Assembly (NCBI GenBank): GCA_964016885.1
Contig: OZ024743.1
Span: 136,896,001-136,960,000, forward strand
Length of the DNA: 64,000 bases
Source: Eledone cirrhosa
Taxonomy: Eukaryota
Direction of reading: 5' to 3'
Shown: piece after piece, positions 23,905 to 36,605 of the stretch
How positions within the stretch are numbered: the first letter of the stretch is position 1
How the letters are laid out: each line of letters opens with the position of its first letter
The notes under the pieces: model-generated
The model's database searches: none
Seen by the model: the letters and a program-made list of their open reading frames with translations, nothing else
Told to the model about the DNA's origin: nothing
Program-made: the position numbers and the translations under genes

Positions 23905-26900
23905 TTGGTGTTTGGTGCTTGGTGTTAGGTGTTTGGTGCTTGGTGCTTGGTGTTTGGTGTTTGGTGCTTGGTGTTTGGTGTTTGGTGCTTGGTGTTTGGG
24001 GCTTTTTGCTTGGTGCTTGGTGCTTGGTGTTTGGTGCTGGGTGCTTGGTGCTTGGTGTTTGGTGTTATATGCTTGGTGTTTGATGCTTGGTGCTTGGTGC
24101 TTGGTGTTTGGTGTTTGGTGCTTGGTACTTGGTGCTTGGTGCTTGGTGTTAGGTGTTTGGTGCTTGGTGCTTGGTGTCTGGTTTTTGGTGCTTGGTGCTT
24201 GGTGTTTGGTGTTTGGTGCTTGCTGCTGGCTGCTTGGTGTTTGGTGCTTGGTGATTGGTGCTTGGTGTTTGGTGCTTGGTGTTTGGTGTTTGGTGCTTGG
24301 TGATTGGTGTTTGTACTTGGTGCTTGGTGCTTGGTTCTTGGTGTTTGGTGCTTGGTGCTTGGTGTTTGGTGTTATATGCTTGGTGTTTGATGCTTAGTGC
24401 TTGGTGCTTGGTGTTTGGTGTTTGGTGTTTGATGCTTGGTGCTTGGTGTTTGGTGCTTGGTGCTTGGTGTTTGTACTTGGTGCTTGGTGCTTGGTGCTTG
24501 GTGTTTGGTGCTTGGTGCTTGGTGCTTGGTGCTTGGTCCTTGGTGCTTGGTGTTTGGTGGTTGGTGTTTGGTGCTTGGTGTTAGGTGTTTGGTGCTTGGT
24601 GCTTGGTGTTTGGTGTTTGGTGCTTGGTGTTTGGTGTTTGGTGCTTGGTGTTTGGTGCTTGGTACTTGGTGCTTGGTGCTTGGTGTTAGGTGTTTGGTGC
24701 TTGGTGTTTGGTGCTTGGTGTTTGGTGCTTGGTGCTTGGTGCTTGGTGCTTGGTGTTTGGTGGTTGGTGTTTGGTGCTTGGTGTTTGCTGCTTGGTGTTA
24801 GGTGTTTGGTGCTTGGTGCTTCGTGTTTGGTGTTTGGTGCTTGGTGTTTGGTGTTTGGTGCTTGGTGTTTGGGGCTTTTTGCTTGGTGCTTGGTGCTTGG
24901 TGTTTGGTGCTGGGTGCTTGGTGCTTGGTGTTTGGTGTTATATGCTTGGTGTTTGATGCTTGGTGCTTGGTGCTTGGTGTTTGGTGTTTGGTGCTTGGTG
25001 TTTGATGCTTGGTGCTTGGTGCTTGGTGTTTGGTGCTTGGTGCTTGGTGTTTGGTGCTTGGTGCTTGGTGTTTGGTGCTTGGTGTTTGGTGCTTGGTGCT
25101 TGGTGTTTGGTGGTTGGTGCTTGGTGCTTGGTGTTAGGTGTTTGGTGCTTGGTGCTTGGTGTCTGGTTTTTGGTGCTTGGTGCTTGGTGTTTGGTGCTTG
25201 TTGCTGGCTGCTTGGTGTTTGGTGCTTGGTGATTGGTGCTTGGTGTTTGGTGCTTGGTGTTTGGTGTTTGGTGCTTGGTGTTTGTACTTGGTGTTTGGTG
25301 CTTGGTGTTTGGTGCTAGGTGCTTGGTGTTTGGTGCTTGGTGCTTGGTGTTTGGTGCCTGGTGCTTGGTGTTTGGTGTTTGGTGTTTGGTGCTTGGTGCT
25401 TGGTGTTTGGTGTTTGCTGTTTGCTGTTTGGTGTTTGTTGTTTGGTGTTTGTTGTTTGGTGTTTGCTGTTTGGTGTTTGGTGTTTGCTTTTTGGTGTTTG
25501 GTGTTTGATGTATGTTGTTTGCTGTTTGGTGTTTGGTGTTTGGTGTTTGGTGCTTGGTGCTTGGTGTTTGGTGCTTGGTGCTTGGTGTTTGGTGCCTGGT
25601 GCTTGGTGCATGGTGCTTGGTGTTTGGTGTTTGGTGCTTGGTGCTTGGAGTTTGGTGTTTGGTGCTTGGTGCTTGGTGTTTCGTGTTTCGTGTTTGGTTT
25701 TTGGTGCTTGGTGCTTGGTGCTTGGTCCTTGGTGTTTGGTGCTGGGTGCATTGTGTTTGGTGCTTGGCGCTTGGTGCTTGGTGCTTGGTGTTTGGTGCTT
25801 GGTGCTTGGTGCTTGGTGCTTGGTCCTTGGTGCTTGGTGTTTGGTGGTTGGTGTTTGGTGCTTGGTGTTAGGTGTTTGGTGCTTGGTGCTTGGTGTTTGG
25901 TGTTTGGTGCTTGGTGTTTGGTGTTTGGTGCTTGGTGTTTGGTGCTTGGTACTTGGTGCTTGGTGCTTGGTGTTAGGTGTTTGGTGCTTGGTGTTTGGTG
26001 CTTGGTGTTTGGTGCTTGGTGCTTGGTGCTTGGTGCTTGGTGTTTGGTGGTTGGTGTTTGGTGCTTGGTGTTTGGTGCTTGGTGTTAGGTGTTTGGTGCT
26101 TGGTGCTTGGTGTTTGGTGTTTGGTGCTTGGTGTTTGGTGTTTGGTGCTTGGTGTTTGGGGCTTTTTGCTTGGTGCTTGGTGCTTGGTGTTTGGTGCTGG
26201 GTGCTTGGTGCTTGGTGTTTGGTGTTATATGCTTGGTGTTTGATGCTTGGTGCTTGGTGCTTGGTGTTTGGTGTTTGGTGCTTGGTGTTTGATGCTTGGT
26301 GCTTGGTGCTTGGTGTTTGGTGCTTGGTGCTTGGTGTTTGGTGCTTGGTGCTTGGTGTTTGGTGCTTGGTGTTTGGTGCTTGGTGCTTGGTGTTTGGTGG
26401 TTGGTGCTTGGTGCTTGATGTTAGGTGTTTGGTGCTTGGTGCTTGGTGTCTGGTTTTTGGTGCTTGGTGCTTGGTGTTTGGTGCTTGTTGCTGGCTGCTT
26501 GGTGTTTGGTGCTTGGTGATTGGTGCTTGGTGTTTGGTGCTTGGTGTTTGGTGTTTGGTGCTTGGTGTTTGTACTTGGTGTTTGGTGCTTGGTGTTTGGT
26601 GCTAGGTGCTTGGTGTTTGGTGCTTGGTGCTTGGTGTTTGGTGCCTGGTGCTTGGTGTTTGGTGTTTGGTGTTTGGTGCTTGGTGCTTGGTGTTTGGTGT
26701 TTGCTGTTTGCTGTTTGGTGTTTGTTGTTTGGTGTTTGATGTTTGGTGTTTGCTGTTTGGTGTTTGGTGTTTGCTTTTTGGTGTTTGGTGTTTGATGTAT
26801 GTTGTTTGCTGTTTGGTGTTTGGTGTTTGGTGTTTGGTGCTTGGTGCTTGGTGTTTGGTGCTTGGTGCTTGGTGTTTGGTGCCTGGTGCTTGGTGTTTGG

Positions 26901-29900
26901 TGTTTGTTGCTTGGTGCTTGGAGTTTGGTGTTTGGTGCTTGGTGCTTGGTGTTTCGTGTTTCGTGTTTGGTGCTTGGTGCTTGGTGCTTGGTCCTTGGTG
27001 TTTGGTGCTGGGTGCATTGTGTTTGGTGCTTGGTGCTTGGTGCTTGGTGCTTGGTGTTTGGTGTTTGCTGCTTGGTGTTTGATGCTTGGTGCTTGGTGCT
27101 TGGTGTTTTGTGTTTGGTGCTTGGTGGTTGGTGCTTGGTGTTTGGTGCTTGGTGCTTGGTGCTTGGTGTTTTGTGTTTGGTGCTTGGTGCTTGGTGTTTG
27201 GTGCTTGGTGCTGGCTGGTTGGTGTTTGGTGCTTGGTGTTTGGTGCTGGGTGCTTGGTGTTTGGTGCTGGGTGCTTGGTGTTTGGTGCTTGGTGCTTGGT
27301 GTTTGGTGCTTGGTGCTGGGTGGTTGGTGTTTGGTGCTTGGTGTTTGGTGCTGGGTGCTTGGTGTTTGGTGCTGGGTGCTTGGTGTTTGGTGCTTGGTGC
27401 TTGGTCTTTGGTGCTTGGTGTTTGGTGCTTGGTGCTTGGTGCTTGGTGTTTGGTGCTTGGTGCTTGGTGTTTGGTGCTTGGTGCTTGGTGTTTGGTTTTT
27501 GGTGCTTGGTGCTTGGTGTTTGGTGTTTGGTGCTTGCTGCTGGCTGCTTGGTGTTTGATGCATGGTGATTGGTGCTTGGTGTTTGGGGCTTTTTGCTTGG
27601 TGCTTGGTGCTTGGTGTTTGGTGCTGGGTGCTTGGTGCTTGGTGTTTGGTGTTATATGCTTGGTGTTTGATGCTTGGTGCTTGGTGCTTGGTGTTTGGTG
27701 TTTGGTGCTTGGTGTTTGATGCTTGGTGCTTGGTGCTTGGTGTTTGGTGCTTGGTGCTTGGTGTTTGGTGCTTGGTGCTTGGTGTTTGGTGCTTGGTGTT
27801 TGGTGCTTGGTGCTTGGTATTTGGTGGTTGGTGCTTGGTGCTTGATGTTAGGTGTTTGGTGCTTGGTGCTTGGTGTCTGGTTTTTGGTGCTTGGTGCTTG
27901 GTGTTTGGTGCTTGTTGCTGGCTGCTTGGTGTTTGGTGCTTGGTGATTGGTGCTTGGTGTTTGGTGCTTGGTGTTTGGTGTTTGGTGCTTGGTGTTTGTA
28001 CTTGGTGTTTGGTGCTTGGTGTTTGGTGCTAGGTGCTTGGTGTTTGGTGCTTGGTGCTTGGTGTTTGGTGCCTGGTGCTTGGTGTTTGGTGTTTGGTGTT
28101 TGGTGCTTGGTGCTTGGTGTTTGGTGTTTGCTGTTTGCTGTTTGGTGTTTGTTGTTTGGTGTTTGATGTTTGGTGTTTGCTGTTTGGTGTTTGGTGTTTG
28201 CTTTTTGGTGTTTGGTGTTTGATGTATGTTGTTTGCTGTTTGGTGTTTGGTGTTTGGTGTTTGGTGCTTGGTGCTTGGTGTTTGGTGCTTGGTGCTTGGT
28301 GTTTGGTGCCTGGTGCTTGGTGTTTGGTGTTTGTTGCTTGGTGCTTGGAGTTTGGTGTTTGGTGCTTGGTGCTTGGTGTTTCGTGTTTCGTGTTTGGTGC
28401 TTGGTGCTTGGTGCTTGGTCCTTGGTGTTTGGTGCTGGGTGCATTGTGTTTGGTGCTTGGTGCTTGGTGCTTGGTGCTTGGTGTTTGGTGTTTGCTGCTT
28501 GGTGTTTGATGCTTGGTGCTTGGTGCTTGGTGTTTTGTGTTTGGTGCTTGGTGGTTGGTGCTTGGTGTTTGGTGCTTGGTGCTTGGTGCTTGGTGTTTTG
28601 TGTTTGGTGCTTGGTGCTTGGTGTTTGGTGCTTGGTGCTGGGTGGTTGGTGTTTGGTGCTTGGTGTTTGGTGCTGGGTGCTTGGTGTTTGGTGCTGGGTG
28701 CTTGGTGTTTGGTGCTTGGTGCTTGGTGTTTGGTGCTTGGTGCTGGGTGGTTGGTGTTTGGTGCTTGGTGTTTGGTGCTGGGTGCTTGGTGTTTGGTGCT
28801 GGGTGCTTGGTGTTTGGTGCTTGGTGCTTGGTCTTTGGTGCTTGGTGTTTGGTGCTTGGTGCTTGGTGCTTGGTGTTTGGTGCTTGGTGCTTGGTGTTTG
28901 GTGCTTGGTGCTTGGTGTTTGGTTTTTGGTGCTTGGTGCTTGGTGTTTGGTGTTTGGTGCTTGCTGCTGGCTGCTTGGTGTTTGATGCATGGTGATTGGT
29001 GCTTGGTGTTTGGTGCTTGGTGTTTGGTGTTTGATGCTTGGTGCTTGGTGCTTGGTGTTTGGTGCTTGGTGCTTGGTGTTTGGTGCTTGGTGCTTGGTGT
29101 TTGGTGCTTGGTGTTTGGTGCTTGGTGTTTGGTGCTTGGTGCTTGGTGCTTGGTGCTTGGTGTTTGGTGGTTGGTGCTTGGTGCTTGGTGTTAGTTGTTT
29201 GGTGCTTGGTGCTTGGTGTTTGGTGTTTGGTGCTTGGTGTTTGGTGTTTGGTGCTTGGTGTTTGGTGCTTGGTACTTGGTGCTTGGTGCTTGGTGTTAGG
29301 TGTTTGGTGCTTGGTGCTTGGTGTCTGGTTTTTGGTGCTTGGTGCTTGGTGTTTGGTGTTTGGTGCTTGCTGCTGGCTGCTTGGTGTTTGGTGCTTGGTG
29401 ATTGGTGCTTGGTGTTTGGTGCTTGGTGTTTGGTGTTTGGTGCTTGGTGATTGGTGTTTGTACTTGGTGCTTGGTGCTTGGTTCTTGGTGTTTGGTGCTT
29501 GGTGCTTGGTATTTGGTGTTATATGCTTGGTGTTTGATGCTTGGTGCTTGGTGCTTGGTGTTTGGTGTTTGGTGTTTGATGCTTGGTGCTTGGTGTTTGG
29601 TGCTTGGTGCTTGGTGTTTGTACTTGGTGCTTGGTGCTTGGTGCTTGGTGTTTGGTGCTTGGTGCTTGGTGCTTGGTGCTTGGTCCTTGGTGCTTGGTGT
29701 TTGGTGGTTGGTGTTTGGTGCTTGGTGTTAGGTGTTTGGTGCTTGGTGCTTGGTGTTTGGTGTTTGGTGCTTGGTGTTTGGTGTTTGGTGCTTGGTGTTT
29801 GGTGCTTGGTACTTGGTGCTTGGTGCTTGGTGTTAGGTGTTTGGTGCTTGGTGTTTGGTGCTTGGTGTTTGGTGCTTGGTGCTTGGTGCTTGGTGCTTGG

Positions 29901-32900
29901 TGTTTGGTGGTTGGTGTTTGGTGCTTGGTGTTTGGTGCTTGGTGTTAGGTGTTTGGTGCTTGGTGCTTGGTGTTTGGTGTTTGGTGCTTGGTGTTTGGTG
30001 TTTGGTGCTTGGTGTTTGGGGCTTTTTGCTTGGTGCTTGGTGCTTGGTGTTTGGTGCTGGGTGCTTGGTGCTTGGTGTTTGGTGTTATATGCTTGGTGTT
30101 TGATGCTTGGTGCTTGGTGCTTGGTGTTTGGTGTTTGGTGCTTGGTGTTTGATGCTTGGTGCTTGGTGCTTGGTGTTTGGTGCTTGGTGCTTGGTGTTTG
30201 GTGCTTGGTGCTTGGTGTTTGGTGCTTGGTGTTTGGTGCTTGGTGCTTGGTGTTTGGTGGTTGGTGCTTGGTGCTTGATGTTAGGTGTTTGGTGCTTGGT
30301 GCTTGGTGTCTGGTTTTTGGTGCTTGGTGCTTGGTGTTTGGTGCTTGTTGCTGGCTGCTTGGTGTTTGGTGCTTGGTGATTGGTGCTTGGTGTTTGGTGC
30401 TTGGTGTTTGGTGTTTGGTGCTTGGTGTTTGTACTTGGTGTTTGGTGCTTGGTGTTTGGTGCTAGGTGCTTGGTGTTTGGTGCTTGGTGCTTGGTGTTTG
30501 GTGCCTGGTGCTTGGTGTTTGGTGTTTGGTGTTTGGTGCTTGGTGCTTGGTGTTTGGTGTTTGCTGTTTGCTGTTTGGTGTTTGTTGTTTGGTGTTTGTT
30601 GTTTGGTGTTTGCTGTTTGGTGTTTGGTGTTTACTTTTTGGTGTTTGGTGTTTGATGTATGTTGTTTGCTGTTTGGTGTTTGGTGTTTGGTGTTTGGTGC
30701 TTGGTGCTTGGTGTTTGGTGCTTGGTGCTTGGTGTTTGGTGCCTGGTGCTTGGTGTTTGGTGTTTGTTGCTTGGTGCTTGGAGTTTGGTGTTTGGTGCTT
30801 GGTGCTTGGTGTTTCGTGTTTCGTGTTTGGTGCTTGGTGCTTGGTGCTTGGTCCTTGGTGTTTGGTACTGGGTGCATTGTGTTTGGTGCTTGGTGCTTGG
30901 TGCTTGGTGCTTGGTGTTTGGTGTTTGCTGCTTGGTGTTTGATGCTTGTTGCTTGGTGCTTGGTGTTTTGTGTTTGGTGCTTGCTGCTGGCTGCTTGGTG
31001 TTTGATGCATGGTGATTGGTGCTTGGTGTTTGGTGCTTGGTGTTTGGTGTTTGATGCTTGGTGCTTGGTGCTTGGTGTTTGGTGCTTGGTGCTTGGTGTT
31101 TGGTGCTTGGTGCTTGGTGTTTGGTGCTTGGTGTTTGGTGCTTGGTGTTTGGTGCTTGGTGCTTGGTGCTTGGTGCTTGGTGTTTGGTGGTTGGTGCTTG
31201 GTGCTTGGTGTTAGTTGTTTGGTGCTTGGTGCTTGGTGTTTGGTGTTTGGTGCTTGGTGTTTGGTGTTTGGTGCTTGGTGTTTGGTGCTTGGTACTTGGT
31301 GCTTGGTGCTTGGTGTTAGGTGTTTGGTGCTTGGTGCTTGGTGTCTGGTTTTTGGTGCTTGGTGCTTGGTGTTTGGTGTTTGGTGCTTGCTGCTGGCTGC
31401 TTGGTGTTTGGTGCTTGGTGATTGGTGCTTGGTGTTTGGTGCTTGGTGTTTGGTGTTTGGTGCTTGGTGATTGGTGTTTGTACTTGGTGCTTGGTGCTTG
31501 GTTCTTGGTGTTTGGTGCTTGGTGCTTGGTATTTGGTGTTATATGCTTGGTGTTTGATGCTTGGTGCTTGGTGCTTGGTGTTTGGTGTTTGGTGTTTGAT
31601 GCTTGGTGCTTGGTGTTTGGTGCTTGGTGCTTGGTGTTTGTACTTGGTGCTTGGTGCTTGGTGCTTGGTGTTTGGTGCTTGGTGCTTGGTGCTTGGTGCT
31701 TGGTCCTTGGTGCTTGGTGTTTGGTGGTTGGTGTTTGGTGCTTGGTGTTAGGTGTTTGGTGCTTGGTGCTTGGTGTTTGGTGTTTGGTGCTTGGTGTTTG
31801 GTGTTTGGTGCTTGGTGTTTGGTGCTTGGTACTTGGTGCTTGGTGCTTGGTGTTAGGTGTTTGGTGCTTGGTGTTTGGTGCTTGGTGTTTGGTGCTTGGT
31901 GCTTGGTGCTTGGTGCTTGGTGTTTGGTGGTTGGTGTTTGGTGCTTGGTGTTTGGTGCTTGGTGTTAGGTGTTTGGTGCTTGGTGCTTGGTGTTTGGTGT
32001 TTGGTGCTTGGTGTTTGGTGTTTGGTGCTTGGTGTTTGGGGCTTTTTGCTTGGTGCTTGGTGCTTGGTGTTTGGTGCTGGGTGCTTGGTGCTTGGTGTTT
32101 GGTGTTATATGCTTGGTGTTTGATGCTTGGTGCTTGGTGCTTGGTGTTTGGTGTTTGGTGCTTGGTGTTTGATGCTTGGTGCTTGGTGCTTGGTGTTTGG
32201 TGCTTGGTGCTTGGTGTTTGGTGCTTTGTGCTTGGTGTTTGGTGCTTGGTGTTTGGTGCTTGGTGCTTGGTGTTTGGTGGTTGGTGCTTGGTGCTTGGTG
32301 TTAGGTGTTTGGTGCTTGGTGCTTGGTGTCTGGTTTTTGGTGCTTGGTGCTTGGTGTTTGGTGCTTGTTGCTGGCTGCTTGGTGTTTGGTGCTTGGTGAT
32401 TGGTGCTTGGTGTTTGGTGCTTGGTGTTTGGTGTTTGGTGCTTGGTGTTTGTACTTGGTGTTTGGTGCTTGGTGTTTGGTGCTAGGTGCTTGGTGTTTGG
32501 TGCTTGGTGCTTGGTGTTTGGTGCCTGGTGCTTGGTGTTTGGTGTTTGGTGTTTGGTGCTTGGTGCTTGGTGTTTGGTGTTTGCTGTTTGCTGTTTGGTG
32601 TTTGTTGTTTGGTGTTTGTTATTTGGTGTTTGCTGTTTGGTGTTTGGTGTTTGCTTTTTGGTGTTTGGTGTTTGATGTATGTTGTTTGGTGTTTGGTGTT
32701 TGGTGTTTTGTGTTTGGTGCTTGGTGCTTGGTGTTTGGTGCTTGGTGCTTGGTGTTTGGTGCCTGGTGCTTGGTGCTTGGAGTTTGGTGTTTGGTGCTTG
32801 GTGCTTGGTGTTTCGTGTTTCGTGTTTGGTTTTTGGTGCTTGGTGCTTGGTGCTTGGTCCTTGGTGTTTGGTGCTGGGTGCATTGTGTTTGGTGCTTGGC

Positions 32901-35900
32901 GCTTGGTGCTTGGTGCTTGGTGTTTGGTGTTTGCTGCTTGGTGTTTGATGCTTGGTGCTTGGTGCTTGGTGTTTTGCGCTTGGTGCTTGGTGCTTGGTGT
33001 TTGGTGCTTGGTGCTTGGTGCTTGGTGTTTGTACTTGGTGCTTGGTGATTGGTGTTTTGTTCTTGGTTCTTGGTGCTTGGTGTTTGGTGTTTGGTGCTTG
33101 GTGCTTGGTGCTTGGAGTTTGGTGTTTGGTGCTTGGTGCTTTGTGTTTTGTGTTTGGTGTTTGGTTTTTGGTGCTTGGTGCTTGGTCCTTGGTGTTTGGT
33201 GCTGGGTGCTTTTGTGTTTGGTGCTTGGTGCTTGGTGTTTGGTGTTTGCTGCTTGGTGTTTGATGCTTGGTGCTTGGTGCTTGGTGTTTTGTGTTTGGTG
33301 CTTGGTTCTTGGTGTTTGGTGCTTGGTGCTTGGTACTTGGTGTTTGTACTTGGTGCTTGGTGCTTGGTATTTGGTTCTTGGTTCTTGGTGTTAGGTACTT
33401 GGTGCTTGGTGCTTGATGTTTGGTGTTTGGTGCTTGGTGTTTGGTGCTTGGTGCTTGGTGCTTGGTGTTAGGTGTTTGGTGCTTGGTCCTTGGTGTTTGG
33501 TGCTTGGTGTTTGGTGTTTGCTGTTTGGTGTTTGGTGTTTCGTGTTTGGTGTTTGCTGTTTGGTGTCTGCTTTTTGGTGTTTAGTGTTTGCTGTATGGTG
33601 TTTGGTGTTTGCTGTTTGGTGTTTGGTCTTTGGTGCTTGGTGTTTGGTGCTTGGTGCTTGGTGTTTGGTGTTTGGTGCTTGGTGCTTGGTGTTTGGTGTT
33701 TGGTGCTTGGTGTTTGGTGTTTGGTGCTTGGTGTCTGGTGCTTGGTGTTTGGTTTTTGGTGCTTGGTGTTTAGTGTTTGGTGCTTGGTGTTTGGTGTTTG
33801 GTGTTTGGTGCTTGGTGCTTGGTGTTTGGTGTTTGGTGTTTGGTGCTTGGTGTCTGGTGCTTGGTGTTTGGTGTTTGGTGCTTGGTGTTTGGTGTTTGGT
33901 GTTTGGTGCTTGGTGCTTGGTGCTTGGTGTTTGGTGTTTGGTGCTTGGTGCTTGGTGTTTGGTGCTTGGTGCTGGGTGGTTGGTGTTTGGTGCTTGGTGT
34001 TAGGTGCTGGGTGCTTGGTGTTTGGTGCTGGGTGCTTGGTATTTGGTGCTTGGTGCTTGGTCTTTGGTGCTTGGTGTTTGGTCCTTGGTACTTGGTGTTT
34101 GGTGCTTGGTGCTTGGAGTTTGGTGCTTGGTGCTTGGTGTTTGGTTTTTGGTGCTTGGTGCTTGGTGTTTGGTGTTTGGTGCTTGCTGCTGGCTGCTTGG
34201 TGTTTGATGCATGGTGATTGGTGCTTGGTGTTTGGTGCTTGGTGTTTGGTGTTTGATGCTTGGTGCTTGGTGCTTGGTGTTTGGTGCTTGGTGCTTGGTG
34301 CTTGGTGTTTGGTGCTTGGTGTTTGGTGCTTGGTGTTTGGTGCTTGGTGCTTGGTGCTTGGTGCTTGGTGTTTGGTGGTTGGTGCTTGGTGCTTGGTGTT
34401 AGGTGTTTGGTGCTTGGTGCTTGGTGGTTGGTGTTTGGTGCTTGGTGTTTGGTGCTGGGTGCTTGGTTTTTGGTGCTGGGTGCTTGTGTTTGGTGCTTGG
34501 TGCTTGGTCTTTGGTGCTTTGTGTTTGGTGCTTGGTGCTTGGTGCTTGGTGTTTGGTGTTTGGTGCTTGGTGTTTGGTGCTTGGTGCTTGGTGTTTGGTT
34601 TTTGGTGCTTGGTGTTTGGTGTTTGGTGTTTGGTGCTTGCTGCTGGCTGCTTGGTGTTTGATGCATGGTGATTTGTGCTTGGTGTTTGGTGCTTGGTGTT
34701 TGGTGTTTGATGCTTGGTGCTTGGTGTTTGGTGTTTGATGCTTGGTGCTTGGTGCTTGGTGTTTGGTGCTTGGTGTTTGGTGTTTGGTGCTTGGTCATTG
34801 GTGTTTCTACTTGGTGCTTGGTGCTTGGTTCTTGGTGTTTGGTGCTTGGTGCTTGGTGTTTGGTGTTATATGCTTGGTGTTTGATGCTTGGTGCTTGGTG
34901 CTTGGTGTTTGGTGTTTGGTGTTTGATGCTTGGTGCTTGGTGTTTGGTGCTTGGTACTTGGTGTTTGTACTTGGTGCTTGGTGCTTGGTGCTTGGTGTTT
35001 GGTGCTTGGTATTTGGTGCTTGGTGCTTGGTGCTTGGTCCTTGGTACTTGGTGTTTGGTGGTTGGTGTTTGGTGGTTGGTGTTAGGTGTTTGGTGCTTGG
35101 TGCTTGGTGTTTGGTGTTTGGTGCTTGGTGTTTGGTGTTTGGTGCTTGGTGTTTGGTGCTTGGTACTTGGTGCTTGGTGCTTGGTGTTAGGTGTTTGGTG
35201 CTTGGTGTTTGGTGCTTGGTGTTTGGTGCTTGGTGCTTGGTGCTTGGTGCTTGGTGTTTGGTGGTTGGTGTTTGGTGCTTGGTGTTTGGTGCTTGGTGTT
35301 ATGTGTTTGGTGCTTGGTGCTTGGTGTTTGGTGTTTGGTGCTTGGTGTTTGGTGTTTGGTGCTTGGTGTTTGGTGCTTTTTTCTTGGTGCTTGGTGCTTG
35401 GTGTTTGGTGCTGGGTGCTTGGTGCTTGGTGTTTGGTGTTATATGCTTGGTGTTTGATGCTTGGTGCTTGGTGCTTGGTGTTTGGTGTTTGGTGCTTGGT
35501 GTTTGATGCTTGGTGCTTGGTGCTTGGTGTTTGGTGCTTGGTGCTTGGTGCTTGGTGTTTGGTGCTTGGTGTTTGGTGCTTGGTGCTTGGTGCTTGGTGC
35601 TTGGTGTTTGGTGTTTGGTGCTTGGTGTTTGGTGCTTGGTACTTGGTGCTTGGTGCTTGGTGTTAGGTGTTTGGTGCTTGGTGCTTGGTGTCTGGTTTTT
35701 GGTGCTTGGTGCTTGGTGTTTGGTGCTTGCTGCTGGCTGCTTGGTGTTTGGTGCTTGGTGATTGGTGCTTGGTGTTTGGTGTTTGGTGCTAGGTGCTTGG
35801 TGTTTGGTGCTTGGTGCTTGGTGTTTGTACTTGGTAATTGGTGCTTGGTTCTTGGTGTTTGGTGCTTCGTGCTTGGTGTTTGGTGCTTGGTGCTTGGTGT

Positions 35901-36605
35901 TTGGTGCTTGGTGTTTGGTGCTTGGTGTTTGGTGCTTGGTGCTTGGTGCTTGGTGTTTGGTGCTTGGTGTTTGGTGCTTGGTGTTAGGTGTTTGGTGCTT
36001 GGTGCTTGGTGTTTGGTGCTTGGTGTTTGGTGCTTGGTGCTTGGTGTTTGTACTTGGTGCTTGGTGCTTGGTTCTTGGTGTTTGGTGCTTGGTGTTTGGT
36101 GTTTGGTGCTTGGTGTTTGGTGCTTGGTGCTTGGTGTTTGGTGCTTGGTGTTTGGTGCTTGGTGTTTGGTGTTTGGTGTTATATGCTTGGTGTTTGATGC
36201 TTGGTGCTTGGTGCTTGGTGTTTGGCGCTTGGTGTTTGATGCTTGGTGCTTGGTGCTTGGTGTTTGGTGCTTGGTGCTTGGTGTTTGTACTTGGTGCTTG
36301 GTGCTTGGTTCTTGGTGTTTGGTGCTTGGTGTTTGGTGTTTGGTGCTTGGTGTTTGGTGTTATATGCTTGGTGTTTGATGCTTGGTGCTTGGTGCTTGGT
36401 GTTTGGTGTTTGGTGTTTGATGCTTGGTGCTTGGTGCTTGGTGTTTGGTGCTTGGTGCTTGGTGTTTGTACTTGGTGCTTGGTGCTTGGTTCTTGGTGCT
36501 TAGTGCTTGGTGTTTGGTGCTTGGTGTTAGATGTTTGGTGCTTGGTGCTTGGTGTTTGGTGTTAGGTGTTTGGTGCTTGGTGTTTGGTGTTTGGTGCTTG
36601 GTGTT
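23905..36605. repeat. Higher-order super-unit C (~12.7 kb; copy of B lacking the 2,328-bp segment)
   Basis: Landmark lies at 23998, 24871, 26158, 27585, 30018 and 32038. The offset to B changes from 15007 to 12679 (19803 vs 32482; 21091 vs 33770; 23083 vs 35762), a difference of 2328. Confidence 0.92.

Noticed and set aside
1-36605. Whole region as a sequencing artefact or synthetic low-complexity sequence
   Set aside because: Variants are in phase, hierarchically shared and include copy-specific SNPs, as expected of a real evolving satellite. Exact copy numbers of the near-identical units still need read-level confirmation.
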